64,000 nucleotides of DNA from Polyangiales bacterium. Lineage in GTDB: Bacteria > Myxococcota_A > Polyangia > Polyangiales > Polyangiaceae. This document shows, one piece after another, positions 1 through 9,420 of this stretch. The notes below the pieces were generated by a model. The model was not told the origin of the DNA. It saw only the letters and a list, made by a program, of their open reading frames with translations, and searched no databases. Numbering within the stretch: the stretch's first letter is position 1; every line of letters starts with the position of its first letter. The position numbers and the translations under genes are program-made. Location: assembly GCA_038231275.1 (NCBI GenBank), contig JBBRLQ010000039.1, positions 1 through 64,000 on the forward strand. Reading direction: 5' to 3'.

Positions 1-10
1 GACCTCCGCT

Positions 11-382
11 CTATCCGACGATCGCGCCCGCTTGATAGGTGATGTGCGCACGGTCTTGGTCGAACTTCACCGCGGCCACGTCGATGCGGACGCGCTCCAC
101 GTCACGCATGCCGCGGAGCGTGTCCCTCCAGAGGCGTTCTGCCGCACGCAAGAGGCGCACGCGCTTCGTGTGCGTGACGCTCGCGAACGGCCCCGTGAAG
201 CTGCCTGGGCCGCGTGTTCGAACCTCGACGATCGCGACGAGCGGGCCTTGCTTCATCACGAGATCGAGCTCGAGCGCGCCGAGCCGAAGGTTGCGCGCGA
301 GCAAGCGAAAGCCGCGCGCCTCCAGGTACACCTGCACGGCGTCCTCGGCGCGCTTGCCGATCGCGCGCCGATCCACGCTCAC
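11..382 (-). CDS. yraN: YraN/UPF0102 family PD-(D/E)xK protein
   Basis: 123 aa with G-x-x-AE, 'RN-x-R...ELDLV', 'VEVRTR' and 'RIDV' motifs typical of UPF0102. Confidence 0.9.
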   Translation of the reverse strand: MSVDRRAIGKRAEDAVQVYLEARGFRLLARNLRLGALELDLVMKQGPLVAIVEVRTRGPGSFTGPFASVTHTKRVRLLRAAERLWRDTLRGMRDVERVRIDVAAVKFDQDRAHITYQAGAIVG

Positions 383-409
383 GTCACGCCACGCGATAAC
401 GCGTCCTGC

Positions 410-1042
410 CTACTGGCAGTTCGCGTTCTTCACGTTGGCGTCGCAGGTGACCTGGCACGCCTTGTTGCGGTCGTAGTCGGTGCCGTTCTTGATGCAGTAC
501 GCGCCGGTGAGGCCGGTGTCGCCCTGGCCGATCGACGTGACGAGCTGCGTGCACGCGAACCCGTCCGGGCACTTGCAGTAGTTGGCGCCGTCGTCCGTCT
601 TGTTGTCGATGTTCGCGCAGCGGCACGAGCAGTAGACGGCCTTGTCGCTGATGCGGTCGGTGCACTGCGCAGGGACGGCGGCCTTCTTCTTCGCGTCGGC
701 CTGGTTGCCGACGATCGCGTCCTTCGCGCCGGGGACGGTGCACGAGTTCTTGGAGCCGTTCGCGGGCTGGCCGTTCTCGTCCTGCCCGTACGCACACGAC
801 ACGCGGCCGCGGAAATGATTCACGAGGCAGAGGCGCGTCTGGCACTGAAAGCTCTTGCTCTCGACGTTGACCTCTTGCTCGTCGAAGCCGTTGAACGTCG
901 GCTCGTACTCCTGCTCGGGAATGCACGGATCGCCGACGCCGGTAGCCTTACAGCCGGCAAAAAGAGGGCTCCCCAAGCCCGCGCCAACGACCGCGGCCAC
1001 CGTCATGACTACTTTGCCACGCGTCCAGATCGAACGAATCAT
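410..1042 (-). CDS. Cys-rich lipoprotein, CglC/GltK-like gliding motility protein
   Basis: Lipobox LFAG-C, 'GDPC', many Cys (CQTRLC, YCSCRC, CKCPDGFAC, YCIK); divergent from gltC. Confidence 0.6.
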   Translation of the reverse strand: MIRSIWTRGKVVMTVAAVVGAGLGSPLFAGCKATGVGDPCIPEQEYEPTFNGFDEQEVNVESKSFQCQTRLCLVNHFRGRVSCAYGQDENGQPANGSKNSCTVPGAKDAIVGNQADAKKKAAVPAQCTDRISDKAVYCSCRCANIDNKTDDGANYCKCPDGFACTQLVTSIGQGDTGLTGAYCIKNGTDYDRNKACQVTCDANVKNANCQ

Positions 1043-1393
1043 CGCGTCTCCAGGTTGGTCCTGCTCACCGGCTCACGAGGGCTTACGAGGGAGTGGGGAG
1101 AGGGGGTACTGCAGATCTGTGCGCGCGGAACGTAACGCGCGGCGCTTTCTCCCGTCAACAACACGAATGGCCAGTTGGCCATAGACCCTTCGAATCTTCT
1201 ACTCTTCTCGTCTGCGAGTCTTGGCGACTTTGCTTGGCGACTTGGGAGAGGCTCGCGCGGGCCCGAGCGAGAGTCACGCCGCGCGACGAGAAAGTCGAGA
1301 CCAACCGACCCAACGTGCGGCCATCTGGTGTCTCAAAGGCAGACGAGCACCCACGCGAGACGACGCTTTTGTTCCCATCTCCGCGGCTTTGCC

Positions 1394-1423
1394 TTGACAA
1401 AAGCGAAATTCGCTTCGTACCAT
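1394..1423 (+). promoter_or_regulatory. Sigma70-like promoter for gltC operon with palindrome in the spacer
   Basis: TTGACA (1394-1399), N18, TACCAT (1418-1423); spacer holds AAGCGAA-A-TTCGCTT (1401-1415). Confidence 0.6.
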
Positions 1424-1526
1424 CTCGCCGCTCGATGCGAGTATCTTTTCAACATCGTTGGGAAATTCGCCGAGCTCTTTCGCGGGTTCTCTGAGCTCCA
1501 CACCCGGTAAGCTTCTGACCCGCCTT

Positions 1527-1553
1527 CTGCACCACCTGCACCACCTGCACCGC
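1527..1553. repeat. 3x 9-bp tandem repeat CTGCACCAC
   Basis: ctgcaccac ctgcaccac ctgcaccgc. Confidence 0.85.
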
Positions 1554-1609
1554 CTTCCGATGCAAAGACCTTCCCCGCGCGGCTGAGCCGCGGGCCACAG
1601 ACACGAACG

Positions 1610-1630
1610 CGACACTCGACACTCGACACG
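1610..1630. repeat. 3x 7-bp tandem repeat CGACACT
   Basis: cgacact cgacact cgacacg. Confidence 0.8.
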
Positions 1631-1671
1631 TCAAGGCCGGTCCTCCCCCCGATTCGGCCGCGACGAGGAGC

Positions 1672-3453
1672 ATGACGATGCGTATTTCCGTAGCGCGTAC
1701 GACTCGCCTGGTTCTGGCGTTCTCTGCGCTCTCGCTCGGCGCCCTCACCTTCGCGTCGCACGCCGAGGCGCAGAGGAGGAAGCCGAAGCCGAAGCCGCCG
1801 GTCACGCAGCCGACGACGACGACGAAGCCGGCCGACATCGAGCTGGACGATCCGCAGCCCGCCGCCAAACCCGGCCAGAAGCCGACCGCCGCCGTCGCGA
1901 GCTCAGACAACTCGCCGCCGCCCGCCGCAGGTCAGATGACCGAGCAGGCCGCGCAGGCCAAGCGCTTGTTCGACGGCGAGAAGTGGGCGGACGCGTCGCT
2001 CGCGCTCTACCGCGTCTACAAGGGGGAGACGGGGGACGACGAGGGCAACAAGCAGCTCGCGCAGTACCACCTCGCGATCGCGCTCTACCGCCTGAAGTTC
2101 TACCAAGCGGCGTACGGCATCTTCAGCGAGATCGCCGACAAGCCGAACCACCTCAAGTTCAAGGAGACGCTCCTGTGGCTCTCCAAGCTCGCCACCGACT
2201 TGCCCGAGCCCGCCGACATCGTCGAGCGCGTCGGCAAGTACTCCGACGGCGACATCGCGAAGTTCGACAACCCGAACCAGCGCGATCTCTACTGGCAGCT
2301 CAATTATCTCCTCGGCCGCTACAAGTACCGCAACCGCCAGTACGAGGAGGCGCTCCGCCTCTTCGGCAAGGTCGCGCGCGAGTCGAAGTACTACGTCAAA
2401 GGCCAGTTTTTCTCGGGCATCTCGAACGTCCAGCTCCGCAAATCGGTGCCGGCCGTCCAGTCGTTCCAGAAGATCGTCGGCGCGATCGACGAGGGCGCCG
2501 AGGGCGTCGAGGACGAGTCGCGCATGCGCGATCTCGCCTTCCTCTCGCAGGCGCGCACGTACTACTCGGCATCGATTCGCCTCGACGAGAACAACACGCC
2601 GACCATCGACGGGCAGAAGCTCTCGGCGGCCGTGAAGTACTGGAACAAGGTCGACGTCGCGAGCGAGTACTGGCTCGACGCGCTCTTCGAAGAGTCGTGG
2701 GCGTACTTCATGGCCGGCGACTACTCGCACGCGCTCGGCAACATCCACACGCTCCAGGCCCCGTACTTCCCGAACAGCTACTACCCGGAGGCCGAGGTCC
2801 TGAAGGCGGTCATCTACTTCGCCAACTGCCAGTACGACGACGCCACCGTCATCGTCGCGCGGTTTCAGCAGAAGTATCAGCCGATCTTCAACGATCTCTC
2901 GGCGGTCATGAAGCGCTTCCAGGGTGACAACCAAGAAGAGGCCTTCTTCAAGTTTCTGAAGGAGGTGCGGGACGGCAAGGTCGACGTTCCGCCGCGGATC
3001 AAGATCGTCGTGGAAAACGCCCTCTCCGATCGCCAGCTCCTCAGGAACCTGCAGTACGTGCAGGTCTTGGACGACGAAGGCGTGCGCTTCAAGAAGGCGC
3101 CGCAGTCGTTCCAGGACTCACCGCTCGGCAACGACACGAAGGACGCGCTGCAGCTCGCGCGCGACATCGCCGTTCGTAACGCCGGCCAGCTCGCGAAGGA
3201 TCGCTACCAGCGAAACCTCGACGAGCTCAACGAGCATCTCCGCGACAGCGCGAAGATCCTCATCGACATCACCGCCGCGCAACGTAACCAGCTCGACGCG
3301 GCCATCGCCGGCGCGCAGGTCACCGCCAGCGAGTCCGCGCGCAACATCGTGAAGCCCGACGAGGAGCACGTCATCTGGCCGTTCGACGGCGAGTACTGGC
3401 GCGACGAGCTCGGCTTCTACCGTCAGACGATCACCTCGAAGTGTGGGAGGTAG
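1672..3453 (+). CDS. gltC: Gliding motility TPR protein GltC
   Basis: Signal peptide, TPRs, 'ALFEESWAYF...ALGNIHTLQAPYF', C-terminal 'WPFDGEYWRDELGFYR...C'; GAGGAG RBS. Confidence 0.8.
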   Translation: MTMRISVARTTRLVLAFSALSLGALTFASHAEAQRRKPKPKPPVTQPTTTTKPADIELDDPQPAAKPGQKPTAAVASSDNSPPPAAGQMTEQAAQAKRLFDGEKWADASLALYRVYKGETGDDEGNKQLAQYHLAIALYRLKFYQAAYGIFSEIADKPNHLKFKETLLWLSKLATDLPEPADIVERVGKYSDGDIAKFDNPNQRDLYWQLNYLLGRYKYRNRQYEEALRLFGKVARESKYYVKGQFFSGISNVQLRKSVPAVQSFQKIVGAIDEGAEGVEDESRMRDLAFLSQARTYYSASIRLDENNTPTIDGQKLSAAVKYWNKVDVASEYWLDALFEESWAYFMAGDYSHALGNIHTLQAPYFPNSYYPEAEVLKAVIYFANCQYDDATVIVARFQQKYQPIFNDLSAVMKRFQGDNQEEAFFKFLKEVRDGKVDVPPRIKIVVENALSDRQLLRNLQYVQVLDDEGVRFKKAPQSFQDSPLGNDTKDALQLARDIAVRNAGQLAKDRYQRNLDELNEHLRDSAKILIDITAAQRNQLDAAIAGAQVTASESARNIVKPDEEHVIWPFDGEYWRDELGFYRQTITSKCGR

Positions 3454-3457
3454 CTAG

Positions 3458-6400
3458 ATGAACCGATTCTTCACTTTGGTCAGCGGCGCGCTCGTCTTCG
3501 CCAGCGCGTCCGCCGCATTCGCCGCGGACGGCACGGCCGGCATCTGCATCGAGGACAAGGCCAAGCAGGCGCTCATCGCCTGCTCCAACAACGGCCCGAC
3601 GAACTTCGACGTCACCAAGCACGGCAAGGCGCCGCAGGTGAATTTCCACTCGGCGCCTCCGCCGGCGGATTTGAAGAAGCGCGATCAGCAGACCAAGCCG
3701 AACCAGCCCGACCTCGAGATTGCCTCCTCGCAGCGCGACCAGCGCGCGAACCGCCTGAAGTCGCGCCAGCGCGCGCTCCTCGCGACCGAGATCAGCGGCC
3801 TCGAGAGCCTCTTCGGCGGCACGCCCAAGAACGCGAGCGATCGCCCCACGCTCGCGCGACGCCTCGCGGAGGACTACGTCGAGCTCGAGAGCGCCGCATT
3901 CCGCGACAAGACGAACGCCGAGGTCGAGCGCGACGGCCTGAAGAAGACCAACCCGAACGGCGCCGGTCAAAAGCAGACGCAGGCGAACGACGCCGCGAAG
4001 ATCATGCTGGCCGCCCGCACGCGCGCCATCACCTACTACAACCTCGTCAAGAACGAGTACCCGACCTACGCGCAGCTCGACGAAGTCCTCTACTACCTCG
4101 CGTACGAGCACGAGCAGGGGAACGACTACGCCAACGCGCGCAAGGTCTACTACGAGCTCATTCAGAAGCGCCCCGACTCGAAGTACATCCCCAACGCGTA
4201 CCTCGCGTTCGGCGAGCTCTTCTTCAACGAAGCGCAGGGCGATCCGAGCAAGTGGGATCTGTCGCGCGACGCGTACGTCGAGGTCATCAAGTACCCGCCG
4301 CCGAACAACAAGGTCTACGGCTACGCCTGGTACAAGCTCGCCTACGTCTTCTGGAACAAGGGCGAGTTCGAGAAGGCGATGAACGCCTTCAAGAAGACGA
4401 TCGACTACGGCGTCCAGTTCGCGCAGCTGCCGAACGCGAGCAAGCTCGCCGACAGCGCGCGCCGCGACATCATCCCCGTCTACGCGCTCAAGGGCGACCC
4501 GAGCGCGGCGTACAACTTCTTCAAGAACATCTCGAAGGGTGGGACGAACGAAGAGACGTACAAGATGATGGATGACCTGGGCCAGAACTACCTGGACACC
4601 GGTCATTACCCCGAAGCCATCACGCTCTACCGCGACCTCATCGCGCGCGACAAACAAGGTGACAAGTACTGCGCGTACCAGACGCACATCACCGAGGCGA
4701 CGCTGGCGCTGAAGTCCGGCAACAAGGACGCGATCAAGGTCGAGATCGACAACCAGGTCAAAGTCTACGAGGCCTTCAAGGCGTCGGGCCGCCCGGCCGA
4801 AGCGAAGCAGGACTGCGCGAACCGCACCGCATCGCTCGCGGTCGAGACCGGCATGGCGTGGCACCTCGAGGCCGTCGGCTCAGGCGGCCAGCGCGGCACC
4901 GGCGATCAGAAGACGATGGGCCTCGCCGCGTACCTCTACAAGCGTGTCGTCGACGAGTGGACGGCGCCGGAGTTCGCGACGTTCCTGTTCCCGCGCATCG
5001 TCAAAGAGGACTGGCCGACGATCTACAAGATCAAATACGCGATGGCCGACCTCCTCTACTTCCAGGAGCGCTGGGGCGATTGCGGCCCGGCGTTCGACAG
5101 CGTCGTCGCAGAGAACCCGACCGGCGCCGACGCCCCCGAGGCCGCCTACGCGAGCGTGCTCTGCTACCAGAAGATCTACGAGCAGACGCACTCGAAGGGC
5201 GAGGACAAGAAGGGCGCCGGCAACCTCCCTGGCCAGAAGCCGACGAAGGAGCAGACGAAGGCCGACGAGGACGCGAAGCTCAAGCCCAAGGACTTCACCG
5301 ACAACCAGAAGGGCATGGTCCAGGCGTTCAACCGGTACATTTGCTACATCAAGCCCGGTCCGAACGACACGCAGGGTCAAGAGCAGCTCGTCGAGGTCAA
5401 GTACGCGCGCGCGCGCACGTACTTCGAGTCGCAGCACTGGGAGGAGGCCGGCATGGCCTTCCGCGACATCGCGATGAACAACGCGGATCGCGACGTCGGC
5501 ATCTACGCGGCGCAGCTGTACCTCGAGAGCGTGAACGTCGTCGGCTCGCACTACAACCCGAAGCGCCCGACGTGCTTCGACGAGATGGCCACGGACGTCC
5601 CGAAGTTCATCGAGCTCTACTGCCAAGGCGACAAGCTCGCGAAGAACCAGGAGCAGTGCACGTCGCTCAACAAGATCCAGGTCGACATCCTCCGCCTCAA
5701 GGCCGAGGGGCTCGTCGCCAACGCGGACAAGGGCGGCGCGCAGTCGCTGAAGCTGAACGAGGACGCGGGCAACGCGTACTACGAGCTTTTCCGTAAGTAC
5801 TGCGAGCAGCCGATCGCCAACGGCCAAGCGCCGCAGGCCGAGCGCTGCGACGAAATCGTCTACAACGCCGCCCGCGCGTTCCAGGCCGCGCGCCTCATCG
5901 CCAAGGCGATCCGCGCGCGCATGACGCTGCTCAACCCGCAATACCAGATGGACAAGTCCCCGCTCGCCAAGAAGGCGATGTACGAAATCGGCGGGAACTA
6001 CCAGGCCATCGCCGTCTACGATCAGGCGGCCGAGTGGTACGAGAAATACGCGAAGGCCGACAAGAACGCCGACAAGGCCGACGCCGCGCTCTCCGACGCG
6101 GTCATCTTGCGCATCCAGCTGGGGCAAGAGGCAGAGGCGATCAGCGACGCGCAGATCTTCACGCGCAACTACGGCGCGAACAAGCCGGCGCAGACCGCCC
6201 AGATCGCGTTCGCGGTCGGCGCGCACTACGCCGAGAAGGAAGACTGGGACAAGGCCAAGGCGACGCTCAGCGGCTACATGGGCGTCATCGACAAAGCCGC
6301 GCCGGACGTCCAAGTGCAAGCGCACGCCACCCTCGCGCGCGCGTACACGCACATTCGCAATGGCGACGGCAACGCGAAGGGCGAGTACGCCAAGGTCCGC

Positions 6401-7219
6401 ACCATCTGGCAGAACCCCGACGACGCGGCCGCGCGCATCAAGAGCGCGTACCCCGGCGAGGACGAAAGCCAGTACTACAAGCGCATGGCCAAGGCCTTGA
6501 ACGCCGTCGGCGAGGCGTACTTCGCCGCCGCCGAGGAGCAGCGCAAGACCAAGGTCGATCCGCTGAAATTCCCCGAGTACAAGGGGCCAGGCGACAAGGA
6601 CACCGTCCTCAAGCACATCAAGACCAAGGTCGCCGAGTGGTACAAGAAGAAGAGCGACGCGATCCGCTCGGTCGAGCCCGAGTACGTCAAAATCCTCGAG
6701 CTGAAGCCGGAGCCGCCGCCGAAGTGGGTCATCGCCGCGGGCTCGCGCTCGGGTGGAATGTGGGGCGACTTCGTCGACGACTTCCGTAGGGCGCCGATCC
6801 CCGAGGCCTGGAAGAAGGACAACGAGATCCGCGGCACGTACTACGACGCCCTCGACGGCGCGAGCCAGCCCTTCAAGGACAACAACGCCAAGCCGGCGCT
6901 CAAGAAGTGCCTCGATCTGTCCGTGAAGTACCAGTACTTCGACGAGTTCTCGCGTAACTGCGAGGTCTGGCTCGCGAAGAACTATAAGGCCGAATACCAC
7001 GTCGTCGACGAGATCCGTGGCGCGCCCACGATGTCGAACAGCGGCCTCGACGACAAGCCGCCGCCGCTCGTGGTCGGTGGGCAGCTCTATCACCCCGCGG
7101 GCTCCGGTCCGGCCGACAAGCCGTCCACGCCCGCGGCGGGGTCGAGCGACGACGATGGGAAGAAGCCGACGGGCAACGCGCCCAGGGCAGGGGCCAAGCC
7201 CAAGCCGAGGAAGAAGTGA
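3458..7219 (+). CDS. gltD: Gliding motility TPR protein GltD/AgmU-like
   Basis: 1253 aa secreted multi-TPR protein between gltC and gltE; C-terminal 'LKKCLDLSVKYQYFDEFSRNCEVWL'. Confidence 0.75.
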   Translation: MNRFFTLVSGALVFASASAAFAADGTAGICIEDKAKQALIACSNNGPTNFDVTKHGKAPQVNFHSAPPPADLKKRDQQTKPNQPDLEIASSQRDQRANRLKSRQRALLATEISGLESLFGGTPKNASDRPTLARRLAEDYVELESAAFRDKTNAEVERDGLKKTNPNGAGQKQTQANDAAKIMLAARTRAITYYNLVKNEYPTYAQLDEVLYYLAYEHEQGNDYANARKVYYELIQKRPDSKYIPNAYLAFGELFFNEAQGDPSKWDLSRDAYVEVIKYPPPNNKVYGYAWYKLAYVFWNKGEFEKAMNAFKKTIDYGVQFAQLPNASKLADSARRDIIPVYALKGDPSAAYNFFKNISKGGTNEETYKMMDDLGQNYLDTGHYPEAITLYRDLIARDKQGDKYCAYQTHITEATLALKSGNKDAIKVEIDNQVKVYEAFKASGRPAEAKQDCANRTASLAVETGMAWHLEAVGSGGQRGTGDQKTMGLAAYLYKRVVDEWTAPEFATFLFPRIVKEDWPTIYKIKYAMADLLYFQERWGDCGPAFDSVVAENPTGADAPEAAYASVLCYQKIYEQTHSKGEDKKGAGNLPGQKPTKEQTKADEDAKLKPKDFTDNQKGMVQAFNRYICYIKPGPNDTQGQEQLVEVKYARARTYFESQHWEEAGMAFRDIAMNNADRDVGIYAAQLYLESVNVVGSHYNPKRPTCFDEMATDVPKFIELYCQGDKLAKNQEQCTSLNKIQVDILRLKAEGLVANADKGGAQSLKLNEDAGNAYYELFRKYCEQPIANGQAPQAERCDEIVYNAARAFQAARLIAKAIRARMTLLNPQYQMDKSPLAKKAMYEIGGNYQAIAVYDQAAEWYEKYAKADKNADKADAALSDAVILRIQLGQEAEAISDAQIFTRNYGANKPAQTAQIAFAVGAHYAEKEDWDKAKATLSGYMGVIDKAAPDVQVQAHATLARAYTHIRNGDGNAKGEYAKVRTIWQNPDDAAARIKSAYPGEDESQYYKRMAKALNAVGEAYFAAAEEQRKTKVDPLKFPEYKGPGDKDTVLKHIKTKVAEWYKKKSDAIRSVEPEYVKILELKPEPPPKWVIAAGSRSGGMWGDFVDDFRRAPIPEAWKKDNEIRGTYYDALDGASQPFKDNNAKPALKKCLDLSVKYQYFDEFSRNCEVWLAKNYKAEYHVVDEIRGAPTMSNSGLDDKPPPLVVGGQLYHPAGSGPADKPSTPAAGSSDDDGKKPTGNAPRAGAKPKPRKK

Positions 7220-7227
7220 GGAGCGCC

Positions 7228-8688
7228 ATGATGACGTCGAAGATCACATTCGGTCTCCTCGCGCTTCTTGCCGTCGCGGCGTGCGGCGGAGGCGGCGGCA
7301 AAGGGCCGGACGCCCCGACCACGAAGAAAAAGCAGCCGGACGCCGACCCGGTCGTGAGCGTGGAGGCGAGCAGGAAGTACGACGCCGCGCTCGAAGCATT
7401 CAACGCGCACGACAAGGCGAACGACTGGAACGAGGCCACCTGCTCCGACGTCGCGAAGAAATTCGAGGTCGCGCACGACGAAGAGAAGAGCCGTCAGTTC
7501 AGCGAGGCCACGTTCAACGCCGGCCTCGCGTACCAGCGCTGCGGCAACGACGACAAGGCGAAGAGCTACTTCGAGAAGGCCCTCAAGGAGGACGGCAAAG
7601 CCCACTCCGCGAAGGCGCAGCTCGCGCTCTACGCCTACAAAGCCGACAGCAACGAGGACAACGCGATCAGCACGCTCCAGCAGGCCGTGCTCGACGCGCA
7701 GTTCCAGAACGTCCCCGCGCTCGTCAACCTCGCCATGTTCCAGATGATGCGCGACAGCGCGCAGAGCGGCGACGGCTGCAAGGACGACATGGAGTGCGCG
7801 AAGAAGAACCTGCAGCGCGCGCTCGCCATCGACGACGCGTACATGCCGGCCTTCAACCAGCTCGCGCTCTACTACTTCCAGCAGGCGAAGAAGCGCGCAG
7901 GCGGGAGCAGGGTGAGCGCGAAGGGCTCGCGCGGCCGCTCCATCACGACGAACGCCGCGATGGGCAAGCGCGCCGACGTGCAGCAGCTCGAGCTCGCGTC
8001 GCTCGTCGCGTCGCAGGCCATCAAGAAGAACGCGAACTACGCGCCCATCCACAACACCGCCGGCCTCATCCAAAACGAGCTCGGTCAGGTGAACGGCGCC
8101 GTCGCCGAGTTCGCGTCGGCGGCGAAGCTGGATCCGAAGTTCTTCGAAGCACAGATGAACTACGCGGCCGTCAACCTGTCGTTCCGCGGCTTCAAGCAAG
8201 CCGAGGACGCGTACAGGAAGGCGCTCGACATGCGCCCGAACGACTACGATGCGCACCTCGGGCTCGCGCTCGCGATGCGCGGCCAGATCGACGACGTGAA
8301 CTACGACAAGCAGGTCGCCGGCGTCCAGGCGGAGCTCGAGACCTGCAAGAAGCTGAGCCCCGATCGTCCCGAGGTCTACTACAACGAGGGCATCCTCACG
8401 CAGGAGTACAAGGCCAAGGCGGGCGGCGGCAAAGACAAGACGATCGCCGCGCTCACGTCGGCGAAGGGCATCCTCCAGCAGTTCGTCGACAAGGCGAGCG
8501 ACAAGCCCGAGTACGCCGGCGCCGTGAAGCGCTCGAAAGAGCGCATGCAGGACATCGACGACACGATCACCTTCTTGAACCTCCCTGGTGAGGAGCAGAA
8601 GGCGGCGCCTCAGACGCCTCCGCCCGCGTCAGGCGCGGCAGCAGCTCCGGCCGGCGGCGCCACCGCGGCGCCCGAACCGAAGAAGTGA
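7228..8688 (+). CDS. gltE: TPR lipoprotein GltE/AglT-like
   Basis: GAGGAG RBS then ATG 7228; lipobox VAA-C; TPRs; 'EAQMNYAAVNLSFRGF'; synteny gltD-E-F-G. Confidence 0.75.
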   Translation: MMTSKITFGLLALLAVAACGGGGGKGPDAPTTKKKQPDADPVVSVEASRKYDAALEAFNAHDKANDWNEATCSDVAKKFEVAHDEEKSRQFSEATFNAGLAYQRCGNDDKAKSYFEKALKEDGKAHSAKAQLALYAYKADSNEDNAISTLQQAVLDAQFQNVPALVNLAMFQMMRDSAQSGDGCKDDMECAKKNLQRALAIDDAYMPAFNQLALYYFQQAKKRAGGSRVSAKGSRGRSITTNAAMGKRADVQQLELASLVASQAIKKNANYAPIHNTAGLIQNELGQVNGAVAEFASAAKLDPKFFEAQMNYAAVNLSFRGFKQAEDAYRKALDMRPNDYDAHLGLALAMRGQIDDVNYDKQVAGVQAELETCKKLSPDRPEVYYNEGILTQEYKAKAGGGKDKTIAALTSAKGILQQFVDKASDKPEYAGAVKRSKERMQDIDDTITFLNLPGEEQKAAPQTPPPASGAAAAPAGGATAAPEPKK

Positions 8689-8811
8689 TCCAAAAATCAC
8701 CGCCTCTTTCCGCGTGAACCAAGGCCCGGACACATTCGTGTGTCTGGGCTTGGGAACTTTTGTCGAACCGAAGTGTCCCTTCCAAACAGGCCTTCGCTCC
8801 GATCGGCCTAG

Positions 8812-8841
8812 TTGACCGAATACGCACGGATGCGCTACACT
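8812..8841 (+). promoter_or_regulatory. Sigma70-like promoter upstream of gltF
   Basis: TTGACC (8812-8817), N18, TACACT (8836-8841) in an AT-richer intergenic region. Confidence 0.5.
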
Positions 8842-8926
8842 TATACTGTAATCTGAGCGGATTTTTGCGAGGATATTGAACAAAAGTGTAGTTCGGCACC
8901 GAACCGCCTACACTTCTTGGACGCAA

Positions 8927-8971
8927 CGTCAGGGGGAGCGTCGCCGCTCCCCGCGACACCCCCCAGCGGGA
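8927..8971. repeat. 45-bp palindromic REP-like element, copy 1
   Basis: CGTCAGGGGGAGCGTCGCCGCTCCCCGCGACACCCCCCAGCGGGA; 43/45 identical to 9314-9358. Confidence 0.9.
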
Positions 8972-9012
8972 GCCGGTTTTCCGGGTAACGTTTCCTTCGG
9001 AGCGAGAAAACA

Positions 9013-9306
9013 ATGAAGCGAATTGTCCTCGGAATTTTGGCGGCCGGTTTCGTGATGACCGCGGCAGCGAGCTCGTTTGCTCAGGCTCCAGGTGCGGGCG
9101 GTGGAGCTGCGGCCGCGAAGCCCGCAGGCGCCGGCGGCAAAGAAGACGGCTACGGCTACGAGTTCTCCGACGATCCGCTCAGCGCGGGTGGCTTTGGTCC
9201 GAACGACGCGACGATTCGCGTTCGCCCCGGACCCGTGCGCACGACTCTCATTCGTCCGCGCACGAGCTTCGTGCCGGAGATGTTGAAGTCCGTCGAAAAT
9301 CTCTAG
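9013..9306 (+). CDS. gltF: Small secreted gliding protein GltF/CglF-like
   Basis: 97 aa, signal peptide, 'YEFSDD', C-terminal 'TLIRPRTSFVPEMLKSVENL'. Confidence 0.8.
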   Translation: MKRIVLGILAAGFVMTAAASSFAQAPGAGGGAAAAKPAGAGGKEDGYGYEFSDDPLSAGGFGPNDATIRVRPGPVRTTLIRPRTSFVPEMLKSVENL

Positions 9307-9313
9307 GACTCAT

Positions 9314-9358
9314 CGTCAGGGGGAGCGTCGCCGCTCCCCCCGACACCCCCCATCGGGA
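9314..9358. repeat. 45-bp palindromic REP-like element, copy 2
   Basis: CGTCAGGGGGAGCGTCGCCGCTCCCCCCGACACCCCCCATCGGGA. Confidence 0.9.
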
Positions 9359-9420
9359 AGTGATCTGACGGGGCTGCTCGGTTCGGGAAGTAACGCCACT
9401 CACGGCGGAAGGTCGAAATC

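Noticed and set aside
8927..9358. CRISPR array
   Set aside because: Only two repeats, separated by a 342-bp stretch containing a gene; no cas genes
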